A DNA stretch of 64,000 bases from Paraspadella gotoi (Eukaryota > Animalia > Chaetognatha): positions 4,856,686 through 4,920,685 of the forward strand of contig CM119269.1 of NCBI GenBank assembly GCA_051294375.1, given 5' to 3'. Position 1 is the first letter of the stretch, and the number at the start of each line of letters is the position of its first letter. This document shows positions 11,801 to 28,560 of the stretch, piece by piece. The notes under the pieces were generated by a model. The model had not been told where the DNA came from, searched no databases, and saw nothing but the letters and a program-made list of their open reading frames with translations. A program made the position numbers and the translations under genes.

Positions 11801-12821
11801 GAGTGGCAGCGAAAAGTTCATAAAACCGGATGATGAGATGATGAGATGATAAGTAATAAAAGAAAAAGTTAAATAAAGGTAAAGTAAGGTAATAAATCCA
11901 AGAAAAAAAACAAAAGATAAAAATAAATCATAAAAGAAAAAGATTAGAGTGGATGCAAAAAGTTGAGAAAAAATAGAAAGGTAAGAAAGAAAGGAAAAGA
12001 AAAACAACGAACGAGACCGACAGACAGAGAACAACGACGATTATACAAGGGTGATGACATGTCTTCGCACTCCACCTACTCTCTCTCTTCTCTCTCCTTG
12101 CATCTCCTCTCNNNNNNNNNNNNNNNNNNNNNNNNNNNNNNNNNNNNNNNNNNNNNNNNNNNNNNNNNNNNNNNNNNNNNNNNNNNNNNNNNNNNNNNNN
12201 NNNNNNNNNNNNNNNNNNNNNNNNNNNNNNNNNNNNNNNNNNNNNNNNNNNNNNNNNNNNNNNNNNNNNNNNNNNNNNNNNNNNNNNNNNNNNNNNNNNN
12301 NNNNNNNNNNNNNNNNNNNNNNNNNNNNNNNNNNNNNNNNNNNNNNNNNNNNNNNNNNNNNNNNNNNNNNNNNNNNNNNNNNNNNNNNNNNNNNNNNNNN
12401 NNNNNNNNNNNNNNNNNNNNNNNNNNNNNNNNNNNNNNNNNNNNNNNNNNNNNNNNNNNNNNNNNNNNNNNNNNNNNNNNNNNNNNNNNNNNNNNNNNNN
12501 NNNNNNNNNNNNNNNNNNNNNNNNNNNNNNNNNNNNNNNNNNNNNNNNNNNNNNNNNNNNNNNNNNNNNNNNNNNNNNNTAAGGCAAGGCAAAAAGGCGA
12601 AAAATGTTATCTTTTTAAAATTTAAAACAATTCATCAAAAATGAGTTCATCGCTGACGCTAAGTTCTTTTCGCTGCCACGTTCACTTAAAGTCGTGAACG
12701 TCGTTCTGGCTGCCACGTTCCGGTTGTCACGCTTCAGACGCCACTCTGTTTTCCACCTTTTTTTCTCAGCTACGTTTTTATAACATATAAAGTTTAAACA
12801 TATTTTCTTCTCCTGCGTCAG

Positions 12822-13142
12822 TTTAGATATTCAGCGAGGTTCCATGAACCAAAGGACGCAGCCGCCGCAGCCGCCGCTGCCGACGCCGCCGCCGCCTCCT
12901 TCGCCGCCTCCGCCGCCACTGGCACTTTTTTATATATCAGCCGCCTCGGATGCGGCGCCGGAAACGACGGCGTCGTTGAAGAGCGCGGTGAAAGAGGCGC
13001 CACCCGATAACGCCGGCACCGAAAGAACGCCGGATGCGCGGTTGGGAGGGTTCCATTCCTTCTTTGGCGTCGGCGGAGGCGGCGGCAGAGCGTTAGCGCC
13101 TCGGGGTCAGTATATGGCATCAGCCCATTCTTTTTATTCGAG
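12822..13142 (+). CDS. Exon of a plus-strand gene, Pro-rich N-terminal-like segment (MNQRTQPPQPPLPTPPPPPSPPPPP...HSFYS); ATG at 12844 may be the start
   Basis: Polypyrimidine tract plus CAG acceptor at 12821, open frame, and donor TCGAG|GTGAGG at 13143 (phase 2). GC-rich island. Confidence 0.55.
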
Positions 13143-14113
13143 GTGAGGTCGTCCCTTATCGATTTCTTTCTTTTTCCTTTTTTCGCTGTTTCTGTTTTGA
13201 TGTTTCTCCAAATTTACCGGGAGATAAGTAAAAACCTCAAAAATAATATTACGCCGCTTACTTTATTATGGCATCGGGGGAACGTGTGAGGTGCCCGGGG
13301 TGTGAGGCATCTTCCGACAGCTGGCGCTCAGGATTTTCGACCACCGCACGTCACTGGCGTGTTTCATGCTTATGCTTGCACCATCTCACTTGATATGAGA
13401 GCATTTAGCAGTCAAACCAATGGGACGACATGAGTTATCATCAGAATTCTGAATTTCCCCAAAAATTTAAATCCGTTTCATCCGTTTGTTAACCATGACA
13501 TTTTTAGTATAAATCGAGAGATGCGAAGACCATGCAAGACATGATGTCGAGAGAGAAAAAAGTTTCGATGACATTCTTCCTCATTCCTTTTGAACGTTTT
13601 TGTGACATTTGCTCTTTCCGCGAAATATCGATCGTTAGCGCGACTCGGATCGAATCGGCATCTGTCCCTGGAAGATCAGATGTGACTCCTTTTAGCGACA
13701 GATGCAAGGACGACGGGAAAAGTTACGACGCCGATGAATGAAATGAGTTCATTGGATAAAACGAAAGAAAAGTATGACGTGAAGAANNNNNNNNNNNNNN
13801 NNNNNNNNNNNNNNNNNNNNNNNNNNNNNNNNNNNNNNNNNNNNNNNNNNNNNNNNNNNNNNNNNNNNNNNNNNNNNNNNNNNNNNNNNNNNNNNNNNNN
13901 NNNNNNNNNNNNNNNNNNNNNNNNNNNNNNNNNNNNNNNNNNNNNNNNNNNNNNNNNNNNNNNNNNNNNNNNNNNNNNNNNNNNNNNNNNNNNNNNNNNN
14001 NNNNNNNNNNNNNNNNNNNGAGGAAACGGAGGCCAAGACTTGGCTTATAACGTTGAAAAGTAAAATTTAAAAACAATTTTTTTCAAATATTTTGGTAAAC
14101 AAATTTTTGTCAG

Positions 14114-14200
14114 AATCCGAAACGAGGGTTTTCTAGCGCAAGTACCATGTGAACCAATTAAAACCAGCAGCTTCGTTCAACATTCAACAATTTTTCAAAG
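14114..14200 (+). CDS. 87-bp symmetric (phase 2-2) internal exon: (R)IRNEGFLAQVPCEPIKTSSFVQHSTIFQ
   Basis: Acceptor TTTTTGTCAG| at 14113 and consensus donor AAG|GTGAGT at 14201. Its phase matches the donor of exon 12822-13142. Confidence 0.55.
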
Positions 14201-14488
14201 GTGAGTTGGATTTTTAAAATCTCGAAAACCGAAAAGGGGGTTCGGATCACCACCATCACGAAGAACCACCCTGTCGAAACCCACTCCTTTCAACCACGGA
14301 GAGACCTCGGGAGCGATTCTCACAAAAATCTCATAAAGCAACGGGAAGGCGTCATTTCGGCGACGGGCGGAGGGAGCGGGCAGTTTCGGGGAGAAGAATG
14401 GGGGAGTCGCAAGCGACGAAAGGCGTCGTAAAGGACCTTTAACGATTCCATATGGTCATTGCGGACGTTTTAACCACGGCACCCGCGG

Positions 14489-15605
14489 CTCTCTCTCTCT
14501 CTCTCGCTTCTCTCTCTCCTCTCTCTCTCCTCTCTCTCTCTCTCTTTCTCGTTCTCTTTGTCTCTTCCTCTGCTCTCTCTCTCATCTTTCTCTCTATCTC
14601 TCTCTCTCTCTCCTCTCGTCTCTCTCAGTCTTTCTTCTCCGTCTTCGCTTCCTCCCTCCTCTCACTCCGTTCCGGCCGACCTCCTCGCTCTCATCTTCTC
14701 CGTCCACTCTCTCTTTCGTCATCTCCGTTCTCTCTCAGTCTCGTCTCTCTGCTCTCTCTCTCTCTTTCTCTCTCTCTCTTTCTCTCTCTCTCATCTCTCT
14801 CTCTCTCTTCTCTCTCTCTCCTTCTCCTCGTCTCTTCTCTCTCTCTCTCTGCCATCTCTCTCTCTCTCTTTCTCTCTCTCTGTCTCTCTCTTCTCTCTGC
14901 TTCTCTTTCTCTCCTCTCGTCATCCCTCCTCTCTCTCTCCTCTCCTCTCTCTTTCTTCTCCTCGTCGTCTCTCATCTCTTCGGTCCTCTCTTTTCCTCCT
15001 CTCTCTCTACTCTCTCTCGTTCCTCTCCTCTTATCCATCTTTCTCTTACTCGCGTGCTCCTATTCCTCTCATCCTCCGCATTCTCCTCTCTCTCTCTCTC
15101 TCATCAGACGCGTCTCTTTTCTCTCTCATACTCTCTTCTCCTCTTTCTCTCTCTCTCTTCCGATTCGCTCTCGTTCTAGTCGTCCGTTTCTCCATCTTCC
15201 GTGATCGTCCTCCTTCTCTTGTTCTCTCTCGGTCTTCCCTCTCTGGTCCTCGGGTCTTCGCGGCTATTACCGTCGCGTCTCCTCTCATCCTCTTCGTCTC
15301 CTTTCTCTCTTTCTCCTCTCTCTCTCATCTCTCGTCTCTCAGTCTCTCTCTTTCTCTCTCGTCTCTGTTCTCTCTCATCTCTCTTCTCTTCTCTCTTTCG
15401 TCACATCTCGTCCGTCTCAACTCTCACTTCGTCGTTTTTCTCTCTCTCTCTCTCTTTCCTCCTCTTTCTCGGCTCTTTCTCTCACTTCTTCACGGCATCT
15501 CTCCTCGTCCTCCATTCCGATCCATCTCTCTCTCTCCTTTCCTCTCTCTCTCTCTTCATGTCCTGCGTCATCTCATCTCTCTCTTCTCTCTCTCTCTCTG
15601 CTCTC
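14489..15605 (+). repeat. Long degenerate (CT)n tract, probably noisy long-read gap fill
   Basis: More than 1 kb of interrupted CT dinucleotide; it generates the spurious 560-aa and 250-aa ORFs. Confidence 0.9.
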
Positions 15606-16844
15606 GCTCAGATGCAACGTCGTTTCGACCGGAAATGCTTGCGATTCTTGGGGACAGAAAAAGACGCCGTCGAATTCACCGACGCGACCGATCGACAGAC
15701 GAGACGACGACGGACGAACGACAGACGACGACGGACGACGAACGGACGACCAGCGCCTGGGGCGTAAAAAGCCACCCTCGGCTTTCCGCCAAGCGGAAGC
15801 TCGCTTTTTCTAGTTTCTTTTGCTTGCGCACCATTGAGGACAATTTCAAGATTAATTTCGCTTCTCTTTCTCTCAAGCACCCACATAACACGCATGGGTC
15901 CATAGAACCGCTCCCAACGCCGAAAACGCCACTTTCGCAGGGCAATGCTAGGTATATATATCAATTTCGACCCCTTGACCCGGTTTCACCACGGTTTATT
16001 CCCGGGTCTGAATGGGGTAAAGGCAGGTTTTTCCTATTGACAGTCCCAAAAAAAAAAAAAACAACTGACGTAAAGTCTAAAGAAATACAACAAACAATTA
16101 TCAGAAAAAATGTTTTTTTAAATTTTCAATTAAGTTCAGGAAAAAAAACGAACGGATTATCTAAAACAAAAAGAAGAAAAAAAGAAAGAAAAAAAAAGAT
16201 TAAAATCGAAAAGGAAGTGGAAAATGGATTTCTGGTTTGACGATCGAAAATGTCGACTTCAGCGACATCGAACGGAATCGACGGAATGAAAACAAATAAA
16301 CAAACGAGAAGAGAATAAAAGAATTTGTTTAAAAAAGAAAAAAAAAAGAAAAAAAGCTTCGTATCAAAAGTAAATATAAACAAAACGTTCGTTCTCTTCC
16401 CCCCCCTTTTTTTTTATTCGTACGTGTATATAAAGAAATCGGGAGGGGAAGAATTAAAAAAAAAACAACCACAAAACAACAAAAACAGGAAATCAATGAA
16501 AAACAATCAAAAGCCAAGCACCGAAAGGAACAAGCAAATTTTGCACATTCTAATTCTAGATATATTTAAATAATTTTTTTTTAAACTCTCCTTTTTACCT
16601 CTTTACCCTTNNNNNNNNNNNNNNNNNNNNNNNNNNNNNNNNNNNNNNNNNNNNNNNNNNNNNNNNNNNNNNNNNNNNNNNNNNNNNNNNNNNNNNNNNN
16701 NNNNNNNNNNNNNNNNNNNNNNNNNNNNNNNNNNNNNNNNNNNNNNNNNNNNNNNNNNNNNNNNNNNNNNNNNAGAAAAGGAAAAAAAGGAAAGGATAGA
16801 ATAGGACAGGAGAGATGAGGAGAGAAAACCTTAAATCCGTCAAC

Positions 16845-16915
<71 letters not shown>

Positions 16916-16930
16916 GTCATCATCATCATC
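16845..16930 (+). repeat. (ATC)n microsatellite
   Basis: About 28 units. Confidence 0.95.
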
Positions 16931-19039
16931 AATTACGACTTTTCTATTGACATCTCGTCGTCAGTTGTCCTCGTCGTCGTCGTCGTCATCGTCGTCGTTT
17001 TCATTTTCTTGTCCTGCAAGTTTTGTTTTTTTTGTTGTTGTTGTTTTTTTTTGGAGGGGGGGTAAAAAATCGACAAAGAAATTCCTGCAAGTTTTGTATG
17101 AAATTGGTACAACCAAAGTAAATGTCAGGTCCTGATTCAGGAGGGAAATAAAAATACCTGAGAAAACCAGGAGCAAAGATCGAACCTTGAACAGACCTTA
17201 CAATCTACGTCGTCGTCGTTGTCTTCATCGTTTTGGGTGTTTTGTTGTTGGTTATTTTGTTGTTGGTTGTTTTGTTGTTGGTTGTTTTGTTGTTTGTTGT
17301 TTAAGGTTTAGTTTTACAGGTTGGTAAAATTGCTTTAAACCAGTTAGTCGAGGAAAGGTTGAACTTTGAACAGAGCTCACAATCAGGGATATTTGTTTTT
17401 GTCGTCATAGACGTCGTCGTCGTCGTCGTCGTCGCTGTCTTCGTCATTTTCGTCGTCACGGTCGTCGTCGTCATCGTCGCCGTCTTCGTCATTTTCGTCG
17501 TCAGGGTCGTCGTTATCGTCGTCCTTTTCCCGGTGACGTTATTCACCCAAATCTCCCATCAGCGTCATCGTAATCGCATTCGATTGTCGTCGTCGCCGCC
17601 GTAATCGTCGTCGCTGTCGTCGTGGTCCTCGTCGTCGTCGTCGTCTCATTAATTTTCACTTCACAATTGGAAGTCTCACAGAAGGCGAGCGAAAGGAATT
17701 GACAGTTTTAAGGAGCGACGACGAAAGAAAAAGGGGAATTCTAGAAATTAAAAAACAGAATGAAAATAGGGGGAAAAGGTAAAGAGGTAAAAAAAGGAGA
17801 AAAAAGGAAAGGGGTAAAGAGGCAAAGGGAGCTTAAGGGTCTAATCATCAAAGGAATTTGAATGGTGATAGTCATTAATTTTTGTTTGCACGCGAAAGTG
17901 GCAAAAAAATTCCTATCTCTATTGTAGCGGAAACAAAAATTTAATAATTATGAAAAAAAAATTTAGTTGACCTTACCTAAATATTTATATAAAACCATTA
18001 TTTTATTTTTGCAATAAGAAAGTATTTTTTACTAAATTCCAATTTTTTATATTTTACTGTACAAAGCTACAATTTTAGGTTTAAGCCCTCATTGAACAAA
18101 GGCTTTACAAAGACTAAAATTTTTTATTTTTATATTTACTTAAAAGCAGACAAATCAAACCTAAATTCTATTATTACAGAAACAAAACTGTAATAATTAA
18201 TTAATTAATATTCATATTCATCTCTTAAATGTATTATTAAACTATATTGATTCTAATTATAACAATTAAAAATTTAGCAAAAGTACAGAATCTTTCTTTT
18301 CTTTTTATATTTATATTACTTCAAAGAGTTTTATTTTCATCCAATTAACAGAATCATTTGAAAAAAAGTTTAAATAAAATCAGTCGATACCTTAAATTTT
18401 GATTCATTCCTAGTTTTTTTTCTTATAAATTTTTGTGATAAAAGCTGAAAACTTTTTTAAAATTAGATCTTACCCTTTTTAAAAAAAAAAAATTTTAAAC
18501 TTGAAAAAGATTTTCTTCTTACCGATTTTTAAAAGAAAATTAAGCTCGCTGATTTCATCGAATTTTTTAACTACTTTCCCAAATGATTATAGAAGAAAAA
18601 ATTATATGGTCAGAACCAGCTTAAGTTAAAGGGTAAAACGTTATGTTTTCAGCTTTTTACCCCCCTGTTCACTTGGTCCCCTTAAGAAATGTGTACCAGA
18701 AGAAGGCTGATTGGATGCTTATAACCGATGCTGAAAAAAAATGATGTGGAAATGATGGGTTTATTATAATACGGTAAGGAGGGATGTAATGACGATTCAT
18801 CGGGCGATGGAGTTTAGGTTGATGGGATTAAGGATGGTAATGAGCGAGGTTTGATGTAGTTAAGGGTGAGTGATGGTGATGGGGAGATCTTAAATCAAAT
18901 CTTAATTTTCGCCGCTTTTGATCGACGAAGGAAATTGAAAAGGGAGGAAAAAAGTTTGAGTGAAAAGGAAAGAAAAAGAAAATAAGGTAAAAGAAAAAGA
19001 AAAGATTTTGAATGAAGGAAATAAAAAAAGAGAAGAGGT

Positions 19040-19280
19040 GAGGAAAGGAGAGGAGAGGAAAGGAAAGGATAGAATAGGATAGGAAAGGATAGGATAGGAT
19101 AGAAGAGGAGAGGAAAGGATAGAATAGGAAAGGATAGGATAGAAGAGGAAAGGAAAGGAGAGGAAAGGATAGAATAGGATATAATAGGATAGAAGAGGAG
19201 AGGAAAGGATAGAATAGGATAGGATAGAAGAGGAGAGGAAAGGAAGGAAAGGAAGGGTAGAATAGGATAGATAGGAGAAG
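19040..19280 (+). repeat. Compound pentanucleotide repeat (GGATA/GGAAA/GGAGA/GAATA) with higher-order units
   Basis: Block AGAAGAGGAGAGGAAAGGATAGAATAGGATAGGAT recurs. Confidence 0.85.
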
Positions 19281-19423
19281 AGAAAATACCGTGAACGACT
19301 GTATTCCCCTCCTTTCCCGCTAATCGTTTTTATCTCCTTGTCCCGGTGTACAATGAAATCGGTTTTCGTCGAGCTCTCAAGCTAGAAAGTTTATTGATTT
19401 GGATTTTTTTCCTTATAAATTTA

Positions 19424-19784
19424 AAACAAGAACGGTAATTCCAATGTGTTGCGCCGCAGTGACTTTATTTTCACATGATATGACATGACATGACTTAAAA
19501 ACTTTGTTTGCCCGTGTATTTATAACAGGCACTGCATCGAAATTCCGTCTTTTATTCCTTATACTAGAGTTTTAGGAATTCTTGAAGGCGTCGCTAGGAG
19601 TCACTAAGATTTGAAGTTTTTTTTGTCTTAACAAATGAGCCACCAACTATAAGCAAATTATATGCATTTTTAACGTAAGTGGGACAGACCAACAGACAGA
19701 CATACCGACGGACCGACCGACCGACAGACCGACCGAAAAGTGACTTATAGAGTAGCGCCGCGAGTACTCTACTCTACTAAAAAA
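19424..19784 (-). mobile_element. Non-autonomous HINE/DINE-1-like element, copy 2
   Basis: Shares termini (AAACAAG ... CTAAAAAA on +), the CATGA repeat, the core (TGTCTTAACAAATGAGC), the GACC/GACA microsatellite and GAAAAGTGACTTATAGAGT with copy 1. Differences are mostly substitutions, as expected for real paralogs. Confidence 0.7.
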
Positions 19785-19852
19785 TTAGCTAACGAAAGTT
19801 GCGGATTCGTTGAGCGCGTTTTAATGTTAAAGGCGACGACAACAAGACTCAC

Positions 19853-20059
19853 TCGAAACGAAAGTTCGAAATTCCGAGTCGTAGGAATCGGATTTTACTG
19901 TAAAATCCCAATCGCGAGATCGACCTTCGCCTTCCCGCTGCGGCGGCGGCGTTCGAGCTGCAGCGGAGCAGCGCGCGATGCAGCGGCGCGGCTTTACCTG
20001 AATTTCGAAGATTCTGCTAATGGACGGGCGAGGTGTGGAATTGGGCGAGGGATTAAAGA
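19853..20059 (-). CDS. Candidate symmetric (phase 1-1) 207-bp exon: FNPSPNSTPRPSISRIFEIQVKPRRCIARCSAAARTPPPQREGEGRSRDWDFTVKSDSYDSEFRTFVS
   Basis: CAG acceptor at 20062-20060 and donor A|GTGAGT at 19852. Length is divisible by 3 and only one of three frames is open. GC-rich island; partner exons not identified. Confidence 0.45.
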
Positions 20060-20208
20060 CTGATTGGTGATTGAGCGGATGATGAGTGAGTTATTGGTGA
20101 GTGATTGAATGGGTTTAAGGGGACCCAGTGATAAAAATGATATCATCAAAAATCAGCCTCTGCTTCATATTCTCTTTTTTTGCCTCGGTTTCCATCAACC
20201 CTTCCGCC

Positions 20209-20291
<83 letters not shown>

Positions 20292-23189
20292 CGTCAATAG
20301 TTCGCTCCTTCCATCTCTCATTCTTATTTTCATCTTCACCTAACCTTACTTTAAGCTCACCCGAACTTCTCACCCGCTCCTCATCTTCTATTCCTCTTCC
20401 CCCCCCCCCTCGATCCCATCGCATTTTTTTTTTGAAAAGAGAAGAAATTGAATTTGAAAAAAAACCGAGAAAAATCGGGAAGAAAATTCGCAATAAAAGA
20501 GTTTTCATTAAAAATTTGTTGAGTCACTGATAACTCCCCCTCGAGTCGGCGCGAGGCGGAAATTTTTTTTGTTTAACCAGAGGAGAAAGTCTTTAGCGAA
20601 AGAGTTAACCAACCATAAACATTAACCACAAATGACTTTCAAGAATCGTTATTTCCTAAAATCAGATCGACGCTGTCCTTTATACGTACAAAAGGTACAA
20701 TCATAAAAATTTCTCGTCCAAAAACTTCCTTTCTAAATAAACAGCGTAAGGGGCTTATATTTCTTTTTTCTTACACAAAAAAAGATTATCACGGTATCAA
20801 GATGTTAGAAAGATACTAATAATATTTTTAAATAAAGTGAAATTTTCCATCTTCCCATCTTTTACAACAAATATAATCACCCTTGACTCTTCACCAACCA
20901 CCACTCCGCTTTCACCCACCACCATCCTCACCTCGCCCCCCTCACACCCCCCTCTCTCTCCCGCGTCAGTCAGACCAATCACATTTCTAATCACCATGTC
21001 GCTCCAAATCCTGATTTCGATTCCTTCTCCTCATTTACATATTTCCTTCCCTTCTCCCTCGCCCCCCAATCACCGTCCCGTCTCAGAAACCCTGATCAAT
21101 TCCTTAGACCTGACAACAACCCGACCTCATCCAAACTATTGGACACTTATTCGTTTCATTTTTTATCCCATTTTAATCTGACCGACCGACCAACAGACAG
21201 ACCGACCTACCATTTACAATATCTTTTTTTGCATTTTCCTCTCCCAAAAGTTTCTATCAACGCCTTTTTTTTTATTATTTTATTGTATTTTCTTAAACGA
21301 CCCACAACATCTAAATATCGTCTCGGAAACCCGACCCTTTTTCGGGTGGCCCCTTTTGAGGTCGGCGAAACTGCAGCAGAGAAATGCGTTTAACTTTCTC
21401 CGACGACGAAAACAACAACAAAAGAGAAACTACAAAAACAACAACGTGAACATCAACAGAAACAACAACAACATCACCAAGCTCGATCAAAACTGTACTC
21501 TTCACAAGGACAGATAAACATGTCAATTTTAAGGAAAGTTTTTATTTTGTTAATTTTTGTTTCCTACATTTTAAAATTGTAACATTCCACCTTTCTCTGA
21601 TACTTTTGTGTTAACTTTCTAACAAGTCATTCGAATTTCCCGGCGTTAGTATAATTGTGCTACAAATGCCCCAAATTCCATTCGCCACTTTATTTATCTC
21701 CGACCTAAAACTCGACCTAAATTCCCGCCAAAATCCCATTTTCGATCCAATCGGATTCCGAGCCTATTTCAACGTCTGAAACGAAACAGGCGCTTTGCCG
21801 ATTACTTAAAATTGCTCCTTAACTACTTCGTTGCAACTCCTACACGCTCTGACTCTCGCTCCATTAGTCTCTCAGCATAAGTATGGGACTGAAGGAGTTC
21901 TTACGATGTCATTTTTCCTTACTTTTCAAATTCCCGGCATTTTCGTGAACTGAATTCAGCCGCAAGAAACATGTGCAAACTTCGGCGATTCCATCGGAGA
22001 ATCACAAACACATTTACCCTTTCAGACCCTCTCAACACTGCCTTCCACTGCCGAACCCAGCCCCATCAAACGGGATCTAGAGGCGCCATTTAGTCTCGTA
22101 AAACTTTATGTTTGGTGGATTTTTTTTTCCCCCTTAAAGTCGCTTCGCGCCTTCGAGTTTTCCTCTCTCCCCCCACAACCGCCTTTTTTTTTTTTTTNNN
22201 NNNNNNNNNNNNNNNNNNNNNNNNNNNNNNNNNNNNNNNNNNNNNNNNNNNNNNNNNNNNNNNNNNNNNNNNNNNNNNNNNNNNNNNNNNNNNNNNNNNN
22301 NNNNNNNNNNNNNNNNNNNNNNNNNNNNNNNNNNNNNNNNNNNNNNNNNNNNNNNNNNNNNNNNNNNNNNNNNNNNNNNNNNNNNNNNNNNNNNNNNNNN
22401 NNNNNNNNNNNNNNNNNNNNNNNNNNNNNNNNNNNNNNNNNNNNNNNNNNNNNNNNNNNNNNNNNNNNNNNNNNNNNNNNNNNNNNNNNNNNNNNNNNNN
22501 NNNNNNNNNNNNNNNNNNNNNNNNNNNNNNNNNNNNNNNNNNNNNNNNNNNNNNNNNNNNNNNNNNNNNNNNNNNNNNNNNNNNNNNNNNNNNNNNNNNN
22601 NNNNNNNNNNNNNNNNNNNNNNNNNNNNNNNNNNNNNNNNNNNNNNNNNNNNNNNNNNNNNNNNNNNNNNNNNNNNNNNNNNNNNNNNNNNNNNNNNNNN
22701 NNNNNNNNNNNNNNNNNNNNNNNNNNNNNNNNNNNNNNNNNNNNNNNNNNNNNNNNNNNNNNNNNNNNNNNNNNNNNNNNNNNNNNNNNNNNNNNNNNNN
22801 NNNNNNNNNNNNNNNNNNNNNNNNNNNNNNNNNNNNNNNNNNNNNNNNNNNNNNNNNNNNNNNNNNNNNNNNNNNNNNNNNNNNNNNNNNNNNNNNNNNN
22901 NNNNNNNNNNNNNNNNNNNNNNNNNNNNNNNNNNNNNNNNNNNNNNNNNNNNNNNNNNNNNNNNNNNNNNNNNNNNNNNNNNNNNNNNNNNNNNNNNNNN
23001 NNNNNNNNNNNNNNNNNNNNNNNNNNNNNNNNNNNNNNNNNNNNNNNNNNNNNNNNNNNNNNNNNNNNNNNNNNNNNNNNNNNNNNNNNNNNNNNNNNNN
23101 NNNNNNNNNNNNNNNNNNNNNNNNNNNNNNNNNNNNNNNNNNNNNNNNNNNNNNNNNNNNNNNNNNNNNTCTCTCTCTCTCTCTCTCTT

Positions 23190-26970
<3,781 letters not shown>

Positions 26971-27004
26971 GTTTCTCTCTCTCTCTCTCTCTCGAGAGAG
27001 AAAG

Positions 27005-28560
27005 AGAGAGAGATGGGGCTGGTTTTTTTGCGACCAGTTGACGTTGAAAGAAGACATGCTGGCGTTAAATGGCACTCAAACGTTTCGCATCCCAGAAGCT
27101 CTCTCCTCTCTCTCTCTCTCTCTCTCTCGTCTATCTAGCATTCTTGCTTCTCTCGACTCTCGTCTCTCGTCTCTCTCCTCTCTCTCTCTAACTCTCTCGT
27201 CTCTTCTCTCTCGCTCCATAATTGCCGAGAACACATTTTTTAATTTCTTATCACTTCGATTACGGAACATTTCTCAGATCTTTTTGTCCCGAGTTCCCGT
27301 ACACTTTCCATCTCCTTTTTGATTAATTATCTCCTCTTAAAAAATCTCTCTCTCTCTCTCACTCATCCTCTCTTCTCTCATCTCATCACTCTTCCTCTTC
27401 TTCCTACTGAGCTCTGTCTTTTTCCTTCTTTTTTTTTTTTAATTTTTCTTTTTATCTTGCTTTTCCATCTCTTTCTCTTTCTTCAACTTCTCATCTCCTT
27501 ATTTCTTCCTACCTTAAATCTTGTGCCTTTTTTTTTTTTTTAGTTTTTTTTTCCTTTTTTTTTCTTTTTCTTTTTACTTTTCAATTTCCTTTTCCCTTTT
27601 CTTTTATTTCCTTTCTTTCCTTTTTTTTTCCCTTTATTTTACTTTTTCTTTCCATACCTTTTCCCTTTTCTCTTTCTTGTTCTTTTCCGTTTCCCCTTTC
27701 CCTTTCCTCTTTCCCTCTTCCTTTTCCTCCCCCCTTTTCTCTTTTCTTTTTTCTTTTCCTTTTTCAGTTTGACGCGCGTTTTTTCTTTTATTTTTTTTCT
27801 CGCCGTTCACGACTGTCGAGTGTCTCACCTCTCCTCATTCCGAGTCCTCTTTTTTCTCTCTCCTTCGTGACTTCCGTCTCTGTTTACAAATCCTTCGACT
27901 TCTCTTAATGTTCCTCTTTACAGACACTGCCTCCGTCTCTTCCTCCCTTTTTTTCTTTTTCAAATTTTTAAAACTTTCTACTTTGTTTTGGTTTTTCTCT
28001 TTTACATTTTTTATTTTGTTCACATCTTAGATTAGTTTGTATCTTCGTTTATTTTATTTTTGGCCTTAGTTTTCTATAAAGCCCCACTTCATTAAATATT
28101 CCATAATTAAGTTTGTTTTTAGTTGGGTTATTAGGGTTAGCCAATTATCAATATGCATTAGATTAAGTATAAGGTTATAGAGCTAAAGGTTAGGGTTAAA
28201 GATTATCATTTAAGGATAAAGTTTGAGTTGATTACAGGTTTGGCATCGATTTAGGTTCAATATTACGCGTTAAAACTAAATAAAAAATTGGCGCTTTTGA
28301 ATAAGAGAGCCAAGATATTTTTTCAAATCTAAATCTTCTGCTTCTCCTCTTTTTCCTTCTCTTAGTGTTTATTAACTAATGCCTTCCTTTTTTTTCTCTA
28401 TTTTTCCTTCTTTTCCTATTTCCTCTACTCCCTCTTTTCTCCTTCTTCTTTTTTTCTTCTTTTCTTTCTTCTTTTTCTCTTCCTCCTCATCCTTCTTTCT
28501 TTTCCTTCCTGCTTTCCTAGCTCTACTTTTTTTTTTTTTTTTTTCTATTTTTTAAAAAAT
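27005..28560 (-). repeat. Block C/D present as inverted copies at 28845-30010 and 34060-34625 (partial third copy 28613-28810)
   Basis: GATGGGGCTGGTTTTTTTGCGAC (27012) is the reverse complement of GTCGCAAAAAAACAGCCCCATC (29988). TTTGTATCTTCGTTTATTTTATTT (28036) is the reverse complement of 34559-34582. Confidence 0.9.

Noticed and set aside
14452-16240. 560-aa and 250-aa Ser/Leu-rich ORFs
   Set aside because: Translation of the (CT)n tract, which lacks stop codons by composition.
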